Below, piece after piece: positions 52,025-62,970 of a DNA stretch of 64,000 nucleotides (the stretch's first letter is position 1; every line of letters begins with the position of its first letter). Source of the DNA: Haliotis rufescens (taxonomy: Eukaryota); contig NW_025964372.1 in the NCBI RefSeq assembly GCF_023055435.1, positions 6,758,001 through 6,822,000 on the forward strand, given 5' to 3'. A program made the translations under genes and the position numbers. The notes under the pieces are model-generated. The model saw nothing but the letters and a program-made list of their open reading frames with translations. It searched no databases and was not told where the DNA came from.

Positions 52025-52285
52025 GACCCGTGAATATCCGGGGTAGAATGGGTCTTCAGCAACCAATGCTTGCCGTAAAAGGCGACTATGCTTGTCGTAT
52101 GAAGCGACTAACGGGACCGGGTGGTCAGGCTCGCTGACTTGGTTGATGCATGTCATCGATCCCAATTGCGTGGATCGATGCTCATGATATTTATCACTGG
52201 ATTGTCTGGTCCAGACTCGATTATGTACAAACCGCCGTCATATAGCTGGAATATTGCTGAGTGCGGCGTTAAACAACAAACCAAA
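52025..52285 (+). mobile_element. Family A retroposon
   Basis: TSD TCATCTCACGC at 52014-52024 and 52286-52296. The element begins exactly at GACCCG. Confidence 0.93.
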
Positions 52286-54090
52286 TCATCTCACGCCTCA
52301 GTGTAATTTGATTGGGCGCTATTTTTATCACCGTCTCATTCGAATCACCCCCAAAACGAGGCTATGGTAGAGGCGGGATCAACTGTATTGATCATAATAA
52401 AAAGGAGATATAATTCTGTTCTGAATCGAGGATGGGGGTCGATACGTTTGTATCAGTTCGTGTTTAATGCCCAAGCTAACTCTGATCAAAGGATTATATT
52501 CACTACAGATATATTGGTGAATAGGTGAGTGAGTGAGTTTGATTTGACGCCTCGTTTGGCAATATTCCAGATTCACACATTGTACCCTTGCGGGAATCGA
52601 ACTCGGGTCTTCAGCGCGATGAGCTGTAACCAGCATGCTCCGCCACCGCCGAACCACCTCACCGCCTCCAACCATCATCGGTGGCAACATACTAGTGACG
52701 TCAACCCTTACTCGACCGAGACACCGCACTAATCAGGTAAACAAACTGTGAAATGACAAATTAAAATCCAACCCTGTAAACTACAATTTCGAAACCATGC
52801 GATCTTCTAGTTGAGAAACTGCACTATGGAAGTTTACAATTTAAAATCACACGTACACCACTGAAACATACATGCAGAGGAACCACACGACTGAAATCTT
52901 CCAACTGAAAAACCGCAGAATAAAAATCTTCAAACTGTGAGATTCCACTCTATTGAAAATGGAAAGTTGTCATACTTCTCAATTGGATTGTACAAATGAA
53001 GGGGCACAAATTAATTATGACCTAAGGCTATAAATTCAATTCCTTTCGAAGCAAGCCTTATTTTATTGCCATTGGTGATTCTGGGACTTCACTATTCTAC
53101 ACAGGACTTCAAGACCCAACCCTCGACCCGGCAGGTTCTGCTATGTTAAGTCCCGCACACCGAAACACTGACATGCGCGTCTTTCCTCCATGAAGACACG
53201 CGCGCCTTAAAGTTTCCAATCATACACACATTCATTATGAAATTGCCCGTCGCTCAGGGATAATTTTTTAGATTATTATACAAAATTAAATTGTCAAGCT
53301 TCGTCGACGAGGTAAACATGGGTTTGGCTGAAATCAATTCTTTTCGACCATTGCTGTTTTTTTTTATAATACCCTGAGATACAATTTTGCCAAAATTGCC
53401 TGCTTGTCCGATCTGATTGTATGGCGGGTATCTCCAGAAATGGGCTTTTAGTCCATTTGCTGATTTGCCTGAAAACTGCACACTTTAAGTTTAAGATCAT
53501 TTAAGGTTTGAATGGGCAATATTACAGCATACATATATTTGTCACCTTCATTACAATCACTAGCAGAATGATCGTTTTTACACGACACTCATTACTCCAG
53601 GAACATGTTTGTTACCATGAACCTTTTGGTTACTACTTTTCTGGATTGTTTGATTCAGTGGATATAGGGCATTCATCACCACTCGCCACTTTCTGTAACC
53701 TGCAAGAAGACTCGTCCCCCTATCGATGAATGTTATTTGCGAAAATACGACAAACCACGGACTTGTATATATATAGGTCCATGGACAAACCAAAGACGTA
53801 TATAGACAAACCAATCAGAGTGCGCGTATGATTTCAAGTTCTTCGTCAAAGAATCCCTCAGAAATAATTTTTATTTTACATATGTCTTGCATCTAAAAAT
53901 ATACCAAAGACACAGTTAAATGTGTTCACTCAAACTGAGTGCCGATGTGCTTTAAATTGCATCTGAAATATATATAATATATTGGGGAAATGTGTGAACC
54001 ATTGCGCAACGAGTTGACAATTGTTTTAGGTATGCCCGTTTGCGCTAAGACGGAACCCGGTCGCAAAAATTGCCACGAGAGGGGCACGAG

Positions 54091-54251
54091 CATTCGTGAC
54101 CAACTCGTGTTATTCCGGGACAAGCCGAATAGCGAGGTTACGGAAAGGGGCGAGTGGTGACGAATGGGGCACGAGTCGCTATTCGGCTTGTCCCGGAATA
54201 ACACGAGTTGGTCACGAATGGATATAGGGGTCGCCATTCGCCCCTTTCCGT
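54091..54251. repeat. Two interleaved inverted repeats (45 bp perfect; 22 bp near-perfect)
   Basis: Pairs 54091-54135/54176-54220 and 54140-54161/54230-54251. Confidence 0.9.
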
Positions 54252-55440
54252 CCCCCTATCGACCAATGTGATGTGAGAAGACACGAACTAACAGGTCAGA
54301 ATGTACTTTTGTCAAAGAATCCCTCACAATGTTTTGTTTTAACTTATAAGGTATAGATTTTATCTGAAAAATAACGATTTTAATAAACCGTGTTAATATA
54401 ACAAAACTGTCAATGTAAACTTACAAAGCAAAGACAGATGTCGTACACCAAGTTGGCCAGCCTGATTCCGTGTGTATCCTGCGCTGGCGTTCAGTGTAGC
54501 GCCAGCGCAGCATACCCAGGGAACCAGGCTGCAAGTTAGCTGTCTCTTTCGCTTCGCCCTTTTTAGCGTAGACGGAACCAAGTTAATAACATGGCGACGG
54601 AGGGGCACGAATCGCCTTTCGGTTTGTCCCGGAATGACGAGAATGGTTACGAATGAGGCTCGTGACGAGAGATAGATTCACTTTGGTATATGTAGTTTTT
54701 GGATATCACGCATGAATAATTACAGATGTGTATTGCCATGACACGAAGCAGTGGGGATGATGTTAATATTTTGGGTCATTTATTGAGATTAACGCGTCCT
54801 TGGATTACAAACTTAAATCATTAAGAACTTGTTTACCGCTATAACTGCGCTTTAATGGCAACCACGTGTCTATTCTCAGAACACCAAGATATTCCCAAAA
54901 CAAAACGAAATAAGTTTTTATTTCTTAAACTGAAAAAAGCTTGACATTTCTCATTCGTTTGATTTGACTTGGCAGTTGTTCTCGCAGTAGCCCATATTCT
55001 GGCGAAATCAATAACATGGACAATCAAGAATGGAAAGTAAGACGCAAAGACGTCTCGGCTTCCGTTTTCAAATTGTCAAAATTATGTTTACCCTAGGATT
55101 AATTGTTTATTTCAAAACGGAATCCCTTTTGGGAGGGATTAAAATATTGAAAATAAAACTTTTCCCCGCGGGATTGGGCTAATGATATAGATTGCCCATG
55201 CGCAGAAACACGGTCGCTGGGGTCCTTGCTGCTGATGCAAGCACTGATGGTGTTCATCATCATCAACCTCATGATCATGAAGATCATCATTATTATTATT
55301 ATAATTATGTCGACAACATGACGAGCGGTCAAATTCAGCTAAATCAACACTTGTAATGTACACAGATCCTACATCGACAGTCCACACGTTTAAAACTTGT
55401 TTATAATCACTTTAAAAACTGTGTAGGCACATAATGACAA

Positions 55441-55640
55441 ATAATAATGTTTATGCTTATATTGCGCTGAGCTCTATGCACTCAGTGCATACTTAAAGCG
55501 CTAACGTTATAACCCCGGTCAATGGCTCGTAGTGCACTCGATTTTCATTCTCAACTCCCTAGGGAGTATACAACCTAAACTGCCTTGTAAGGCGCTAGAA
55601 GGTTGACAGTCTCATTTTCAACTTATCCTCCATGGTACAT
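55441..55640 (-). mobile_element. Deu/Nin-domain SINE fragment with L2-type tail
   Basis: GTATACTCCCTAGGGAGTTGAG core, followed by AGCGCTTT...GCGCAATATAAG and (ATT)n. Confidence 0.55.
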
Positions 55641-55697
55641 GCAAGTCGAAATTTCATTGTATTTCATATTTTGATTTTCAACGTAAATTCCCAATTT

Positions 55698-56117
55698 ACC
55701 AGTGATGATCCGGGGTAGAATAGGTCTTCAGCAACCCATGCTTGCCGAATAAGGCGACTATGCTCGTCGTAAGAAGCGACTAACGGGATCGGGTGGTCAG
55801 GCTCGCTGACTTGGTTGACACATATCATCGATCCCAATTGCGTGGATCGATGCTCATGATGTCAGTCACTGGATTGTCTGGTCCAGTCTCGATTATTTAC
55901 AGACCGCCGTCATACAACTTGTTTGATAGGCATTACTTAGAAGTTGACGGATGACAAAGCTAGGACAGTCATGCTTGACAACGGTATAAGGATCTATACC
56001 GAAATGGCGCCTTCACAGTTTTTAATGAAGTTGTTATCCATAAATTGTGTCTACTTTGTCACCGTCATATAGCTGAAATATTGCTGAGTGCGGCATTAAA
56101 CAACAAACAAACAAACA
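55698..56117 (+). mobile_element. Family A retroposon with 147-bp internal insertion
   Basis: Consensus is split at a duplicated CCGTCATA. Confidence 0.88.
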
Positions 56118-57120
56118 AGAAATCACAATTGTATCAAAAATTAAAAAAACCCATTCCTTTAAAACACCGAAGCCTTTCATGATTTGCAAAATTACCACCC
56201 ATAAACACATTTGCTGGAAGTAAGAACCGGTTACATTGCAAAATGCAACCAGGACAGAATTTCTTTTCGTGAAATCTTTTTAAAAAAATCAGAGTTGCTC
56301 GGTGATGATAAACAAGAACATATTATTGTGTGGCCTGAACAAAAGTACAATCATTAATAACAAGCGTAAGACGTGACCAGTAAATACACCCACGACAGAA
56401 GACATTCAGGTGTTATGATTGCAGAAGCCATGTCAACAAAGTCAATGACACCCTACATTTCATGTCGATATCAGATTTCGCAAGTCAACAGCAGCGTAAA
56501 ATTAGCATTTCCCCACAGTAAATAACACGCCGTTGACATGTGGTCTCTTGTCCCGCCATGTATTTAATATTTACTGGCGTTAATACAACTGTGAGTTCCG
56601 CTGAATGTATCGAGTACCTTATAAGGAATTTATTGTTGATATCCGTAACGAGATCAGACTTGTGTGATTGAGCAACAATGGTTCTATTGATCGAGAGGAA
56701 GCATTTAGCCGCTTGACTACTCGCGCTAATCTGGACAAGTGATCAGTTCTAGGGGCTTAGGAACTGGTAGGAGTGAGTTACAGAGTGAGTGAGTGAGTGA
56801 GATGGGTTTAACGATGCCTTGTACAGTACTTCAGTCATATAACAACGCGTCAGCAAGTCATGTTTACCTTCTTGGAAAAACCCACGAGAACGGGTATATG
56901 GTGTTGACAAACACAGAAACGGAATCAAGGCGAATGTGTGATTCTAACCAACGATCATAGGATTCTGCTACGACTAAGGGAAGTAACTCTGCAAAGCGAG
57001 AGAGTCACCTGGCTAACTATTTCTTAAATGTCATGAATAAAACGAAAATGGATGCCTCGAAATTGATATCAAATAAATAAGCAGATATAAGACAATTCGT
57101 ATTTACACAACTGTCACAAA

Positions 57121-57388
57121 GTGAGTGAGTGAGTCAGGTTTAACGCCGCTTTTAACAGTATTCCAGTTATATCGCGGCGTGTCAGCTTGACGTAGGAGGA
57201 AAGCCCGAAGATGCAGGCCTCAGACGTTCTGACGGATTGGTGAAATCCACGCGCATAGGTGCTGACAAACCTAGAAACAAAATCGGGGCGAACCGGGAGT
57301 CGAAAACACAATCATGAGTTTCTGGTGTCGCCAAGGGACGAAACTCTGCACATCGTGCCCTTCGATGACAGGGCCACCAGTGCGCCCA
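57121..57388 (-). mobile_element. Family C SINE
   Basis: Consensus match with an AAAGTGAGTGA TSD. An older copy lies at 56785-57000 and a deleted copy at 38499-38695. Confidence 0.85.
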
Positions 57389-58624
57389 GAAAGTGAGTGA
57401 ATGCTAGAGTCATCAAAAGTACACCGTTACTAAGGTGCTACCCCAGTGCAACCAGGCGAAGATGCAAGATGCGAACATTTTTTATGATATTTGGGGTTAA
57501 AAACGAATATAAACTTGATAAATGTGTAACACTAGCTCCTAAATAGGTAAAATTCACTTAAATTTGAACGAAATAAATTTTTATACGTCGAACAGACAGA
57601 TTGTATTTTATCATTCTTAAATTTGTAGCAAGTGGACTCATCAGTTGTCTTCGATTAGACGGCACAACTCTTGAGTAACAAGCAACTCCTTTAAGTCAAT
57701 GATAAAATACAATAACATGTTTACATATCTTGTCAAGTTAAAAAAAGTTTTGTTTAAAGACAGACTTTTATATCCAAACAATCTGTTTCGTATGATGTAC
57801 GTAACGCATTCGTTTTAAAGATGATGGGTCCTAAGGTTCGTAGTTCGTTGCAGAGCATACATGATTCAGTGAAACGTTAAGTAAAATATTCCTGCATCTC
57901 AAAGATATATTTATACTAAGTTTTGATTGGCTGCTTTGCTCTTTGCTTGTGATTGGTTGCTGAACAAACATATGGTTACCTACTGGGGGCTAGTTTTAAT
58001 CGCATTAACGTTATGATTCGTTTGCAGTTTACAGTTTTTGAAATTTCACTGAACTATTGCTGTTCAATTTGACCTTAAAATACATCAACTGTTGTAATAT
58101 TCTTTCAGAACTATTTAGTGTGCGCATTAGACTTTATGTCAATGTTTAACTCATTTGCTTCCATGATGTATTACTTCGCAGACGTAATGTCCTAAACCGT
58201 TTATTTCTCATAAACAAAAACTTGGTTTAAATGTTAGATAATAAATAGGATCTCACCCTCGTATCTTTTGATATGAGATATATAATCACTCGATAAAAGT
58301 TATAAATGTTCTTGAAAAGCCTCTTACTTTTATGACGTTATATTGACTCGAGACAATATATTTGCTATCAAAAGACACTCAGGGGAGATCCTCCAGTTAT
58401 TGTTAATGACGATGAAGCTTAATGGTATCAGAACTATGGTCAAATATCGATATTCCGGTTGTTTTCGATGGTCTTCACGAATCCGAGTTGACCATTCTAT
58501 ATTTGTCCGTGAACACTTGAAAGCTCTGCTCTTATCCGTCACCAATTGATTGAGCGTGTTGGTACGTGTGCTTGCCAACCACCAGTTTCTGTTAACTAGT
58601 CTCAGATGGCGGGAGTACATGTTC

Positions 58625-58935
58625 TTGCTATCAATCCCCAGTTTGTGGCAACCAGACCCGAATTGTGTGGGTATGTTTTCTTGCTATCAACCCCCAGTTT
58701 GTGGTAACCAGACCCGAACTGTGTGGGTATGTGTTCGCGCTATCAACCCCCAGTTTGTGGTAACCAGACCCGAACTGTATAAGCATGTGTTCACGCTATC
58801 AACCCCCAGTTTGTGGTAACCAGACCCGAACTGTATAAGCATGTGTTCACGCTATCAGCCCCCAGTTTGTGGTAACCAGACCCGAACTGTATGTGTTCAC
58901 GCTATCAACCTCAGTTCGTGGTAACCAGATCCGCT
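58625..58935. repeat. 56-bp minisatellite (~5.5 copies)
   Basis: Unit CCCCAGTTTGTGGTAACCAGACCCGAACTGTATAAGCATGTGTTCACGCTATCAAC. Confidence 0.9.
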
Positions 58936-59728
58936 TTCTCTTCAGTTAATCCTAATAATACAGGATATTGTGTCGAACGGTAAGGCTGTTACCGTTACAA
59001 GCCTTGGGTGTGAGTTTGGTCAGCTGTGCACACAGATCTATTGGAACACTAATCGCTCTTGTCCAGATGTCCACGTTCACGCACACATTGCATCAAAGAA
59101 AGCCGCTTAACAAAATCGCTGTCAGAATTGATATTCACATATTTTCTGCATAAATACAGACAGAGACAAATATCTTTTTTTTTTAACAAACTATGATTAA
59201 GAAATAAACCAAATGTCATTACATTTTAAACACAAATCGCTGAGCTGAGTGTGTCCCTATAAGATAGCTACGCCATAATTCACACAGAACAATGAAGAAC
59301 GAAGCCTGGTTCTTTCAACGATAAAACATTGTTCTATCATGACGTCATTTCTGGAGATTCAAACATGCGTTCGCAACTTGATAACGTCGTAAATTGGACA
59401 TTATTTTTAAGAGGGGTGTGTCAAGTGAGTTGTTCCCCATAGATGTTGCTGGGCAACGTAGATAAACGCAAAAGCCGAAAGATCGCATACAAAAGTGGGA
59501 GAGATAGAACAACCGGTATTGAGAGAAAAGGTGTAGATAATCCACGTAAAAGTTGTGAGAATATGCGGGAAAGCCTAAATTTAACCGCCCTTATCATAAA
59601 ATGGACTTGTCCGACATTGCCGTGGTCGGATTCTATTCAGGTAGTCATCATTATCTAAATACTGGTAAATATTTTTAAAGCTTGTCCATTTTATTAACAT
59701 CCTTAAAGAGGCTGTACAAAATATTGTA

Positions 59729-59877
59729 TAAGAAATAAACTAGTCCTGGTCGTTGTTTATCGTACAATAAAACACGGAAGGGAGAATAAACCACTTGAGG
59801 CTGCGTCCCTCATGGTTTATTCTCCCTGTCGTGTTTTATTGTACGATAAACAACCTCCGCTCTTCGTTTATTTCTTA
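59729..59877. repeat. Foldback palindrome (hairpin MITE)
   Basis: Near-perfect inverted arms of about 45 bp plus 12-bp outer arms. Confidence 0.9.
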
Positions 59878-60021
59878 AATAAATGGCTTTTCAATGTGGC
59901 TGTCGCGGCGGGCAAAAATGAATCAGTTTTACGTCTTGAAAAACACCAACCATATTTTATTCAGATGATGCCCACCCATACGCTTTCTTGCCTATCAATC
60001 CAGTTCAAACATGAGTGAGTG

Positions 60022-60188
60022 AGTAAGTGAGTGAGTATGGTTTTACGCCGCTTTTAGCAATATTCCAGCAATATCACGGCGGGGGACACCAGAAATGGGC
60101 TTCACACATTGTACCCATGTCGGGAATCGAACCCGGGTCTTCGGCGTGACGATCGAACGCTCTTACCACTAGGCTACCCAACCGCCCC
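60022..60188 (-). mobile_element. tRNA-derived SINE family B, well preserved
   Basis: A-box TAGCCTAGTGG, B-box GTTCGATTCC and 16-bp TSD CAAACATGAGTGAGTG. Other copies near 16186, 20617, 24453, 43145 and 52525. Confidence 0.93.
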
Positions 60189-60525
60189 CAAACATGAGTG
60201 AGTGGGGGTGAGTTGGGGTTGATGTCGCTTTGAACAGTCGCAGAGTCAACTTGTGGTATGACCACCCACTGTGTCCCACGAAAACGAGTATTCAGTTAAC
60301 GAATCTGGGATTCGAACCCATGCTTAGCGGATCCTGGCGCAACTAAGGGACTTAACACCAGCACTGTATACCACTGGACCAACCGTGCCCTATAATTCAA
60401 ATATAACTACACAATATATCAACTTTAGATTAAAATCGTCTCCCACTGCACTGTACCCCTGTCTAAACCGACCTAAGTTTCGATTCCATACAGATTATGT
60501 CTACGTTGATTCCATTGACAACTTC

Positions 60526-60831
60526 ACCCGTGAAGATCCGGGTTAGAATTGGTCTTCAGCAACCCAGGCTTTCAGTAAGAGGCGACTAACGGGATCTAGT
60601 GGTCAGGACGTCAGGAGCATCGGTCTACACAATTGGGATCGATGACAATCATGCTTGTGGTAAGAGCCCGGCTGGCTGACTTGGTTGATGCATGTCATCA
60701 TATCCCAATTACGTAGGTCAATGCTCATGATGTCAATCACTGGATTGTCTGGTCCAGACTCGATTATTTACAGACCCCGTCATACAACTGGAATATTGCT
60801 GAGTGCGACGTTAAACGACAAACAAACAAAC
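60526..60831 (+). mobile_element. Family A retroposon with an inverted internal piece
   Basis: 60608-60648 is the reverse complement of the element's own body. Confidence 0.85.
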
Positions 60832-60851
60832 ATTGACTTCTTTCATTGTAT

Positions 60852-61337
60852 CATCTTCCCGAGGCAAGAGAGTTAACTGACTATAAAAGTCCAGTTTCCA
60901 CCCTTGCCGAACTAGGCTGGCATTATGTAGTTACACTTTGGCTGGACTAACGAGTCTATGCATAGTCCAATCAAAATCGCGCACCGAAATTGAAATCCGG
61001 TTCGTAAACTGTCGTGCAGATTTCGGTTGATTGCAGGATTTGCAAAGCATGTGCACCACCAACTCGTTGTCAGCAGATATTTTCCAAACCTTCTCATGTT
61101 TGTAATCAAGGTGCTCACGTGATTTGATGCATTTCGCGATACAAGACCCGTTTTATCACAATATAGATATTGATTATCGATCAGATCGTCCTGACCGGGC
61201 GCAACCATTTTGTGTGAAGCAAACGCAAGTGCTACGAGAGGTGGAATCTGATTGGTCCATAGGAGAGGCTTAGAAGGGACACAATTGGTAATAGCCACTG
61301 GTGGCGCTACGATCGAGCCCAGTAATTCCAGCCTAGT
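60852..61337. mobile_element. CATCTTCCCGAGGCAAG-TIR family copy (right end truncated)
   Basis: Colinear similarity to 10398-10884. Confidence 0.8.
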
Positions 61338-61740
61338 TGCGTGTCTAGTGCATGTGTAATTACTTTATATCATCTAACTTCATTCATAAATTGATTACCA
61401 CACTGCCAAAACACTCAAAGTCGACAGTGAAATTTTAATCTAACAAAGTACGTATCTCTATTAGTAACATCGACCGCAACGTAGTCCCGGTGCTGTGTAA
61501 CAGGTGTTTATGACGCAGCGACATGGCGAGTGTATACGATGTCTATTGCTCCATTGACAATTGAATGTTTGTTGTTAGGAACACCAATGAAACATACATT
61601 AATATCACAATATCATAACAGTCAGTAGGACGGACAATATATAATAATAGGCGTTCTGTATCCAACTCCACAAACAAACCATAACACGTCGTGTCACATC
61701 GAACACCCAAGTTGGTTTTCCTCGAGGAGGAACGGGTGTG

Positions 61741-61859
61741 TATGGAATCATGTAAGGGATATTCTCGCGATCTCGCATTCTCGTGTTTTGGGCATATTTA
61801 GGTCGTTTCCAAAGGTCGAGAATGCGAGATCGCGAGAATGTCCCTTACAGGATTCCATA
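61741..61859. mobile_element. Hairpin MITE with TATGG termini and 6-bp TSD
   Basis: 43-bp inverted arms; GGTGTG at 61735-61740 and 61860-61865. Confidence 0.85.
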
Positions 61860-61955
61860 GGTGTGTGGCGGGGTGGCAGGGTTGTAATGGTGGTTTTACA
61901 ATTTGTCAAGCCCATTCACCTATGCTGGAATATTGTTAATACATTGAGTAAAACT

Positions 61956-62287
61956 CATATTCCCGAGGCAAGGGAGTTAACTAACTATAAAAGTCCAGTG
62001 TCCACCCTTGCGGAACTAGGCTGGAATTATGGAGTTACCTTTTTGCTGGACTTACAGTCCACTCGACAACCGGTTAGTAAACTGCCGTGCAGATTTCGGT
62101 TGGTCACAGGATTTGCAAGGCATGTGTACCGCCAAATCGGCGTCAACAGATATTTTCCAAATCTTTTCATGTTTTCAATCTCAAGGTGCTCACCTGAGTA
62201 AGACACGTTTTATCACAACATAATTTTGTATTATCGATCAGATCGTCGACTTTAATAGTCAGTTAACTCCCTTGCCTCGGGAAGATG
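61956..62287. mobile_element. CATCTTCCCGAGGCAAG-TIR family copy (internally deleted)
   Basis: Both ~40-bp TIRs are present. Confidence 0.8.
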
Positions 62288-62299
62288 AGTTAATCTCAA

Positions 62300-62506
62300 C
62301 CCACTTCTCAACTCAACTTCCTTGGAACAATTTGTCAGTCAACCCGAGAATCACTAGATCCCTGGACTCTTTCAAGAGTCAGATAAAGACATTTATGTTA
62401 AGAAAATACTACAGCTACAATACTATCTCTAATTGCAGCATCTTGTTCGTACATGGAGTATAGCGCGGTACAAATACACTCTATTATTATTATTATTATT
62501 ATTATT
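62300..62506 (+). mobile_element. 3' end of an L2/CR1-type LINE
   Basis: WNNLSVNPRITRSLDSFKSQIKTFML resembles the ORF2 C-terminal WNxLP..FKxxLKT motif, followed by a short UTR and an (ATT)n tail. Confidence 0.7.
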
Positions 62507-62798
62507 GCTGTCGTCTTTGAGAAGGTGATACGGTGCGGCAGAGGCGTATGTGCAATATACATGCACAGGCTGTTGTCTATTTCATATGTACGTAAGAGAT
62601 ATGCGACAGGTTTAAAATATGCAAACATTTTACATTCAGTCGTAAACAATGGTGTGCAGTTCAGATACATGCACAGGTGGGATCTCCATATTGTACACCT
62701 CGACTGATGGACCACCCTGCTTCATTACAAACATCACAGACGTAGCATCATCGTGCGCGAATAAACACAATCTCATCTACAGATGTCGCTGTATACAG

Positions 62799-62970
62799 NN
62801 NNNNNNNNNNNNNNNNNNNNNNNNNNNNNNNNNNNNNNNNNNNNNNNNNNNNNNNNNNNNNNNNNNNNNNNNNNNNNNNNNNNNNNNNNNNNNNNNNNNN
62901 NNNNNNNNNNNNNNNNNNNNNNNNNNNNNNNNNNNNNNNNNNNNNNNNNNNNNNNNNNNNNNNNNNNNNN
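62799..62970. other. Assembly gap (N run)
   Basis: 172 Ns. Confidence 1.

Noticed and set aside
52025-52125. Canonical HDV-like or pistol ribozyme assignment for the family A head
   Set aside because: Strand order does not fit: there is no P1 3' strand plus GG before the hairpin (HDV), and no P2 strand between linker and pseudoknot (pistol). It is kept only as an unclassified candidate.
60110-60188. tRNA genes (here and at 21336, 24994, 46737)
   Set aside because: A/B boxes are fused to SINE bodies and tails, several with TSDs, and the cloverleaf is imperfect. They are SINE heads.
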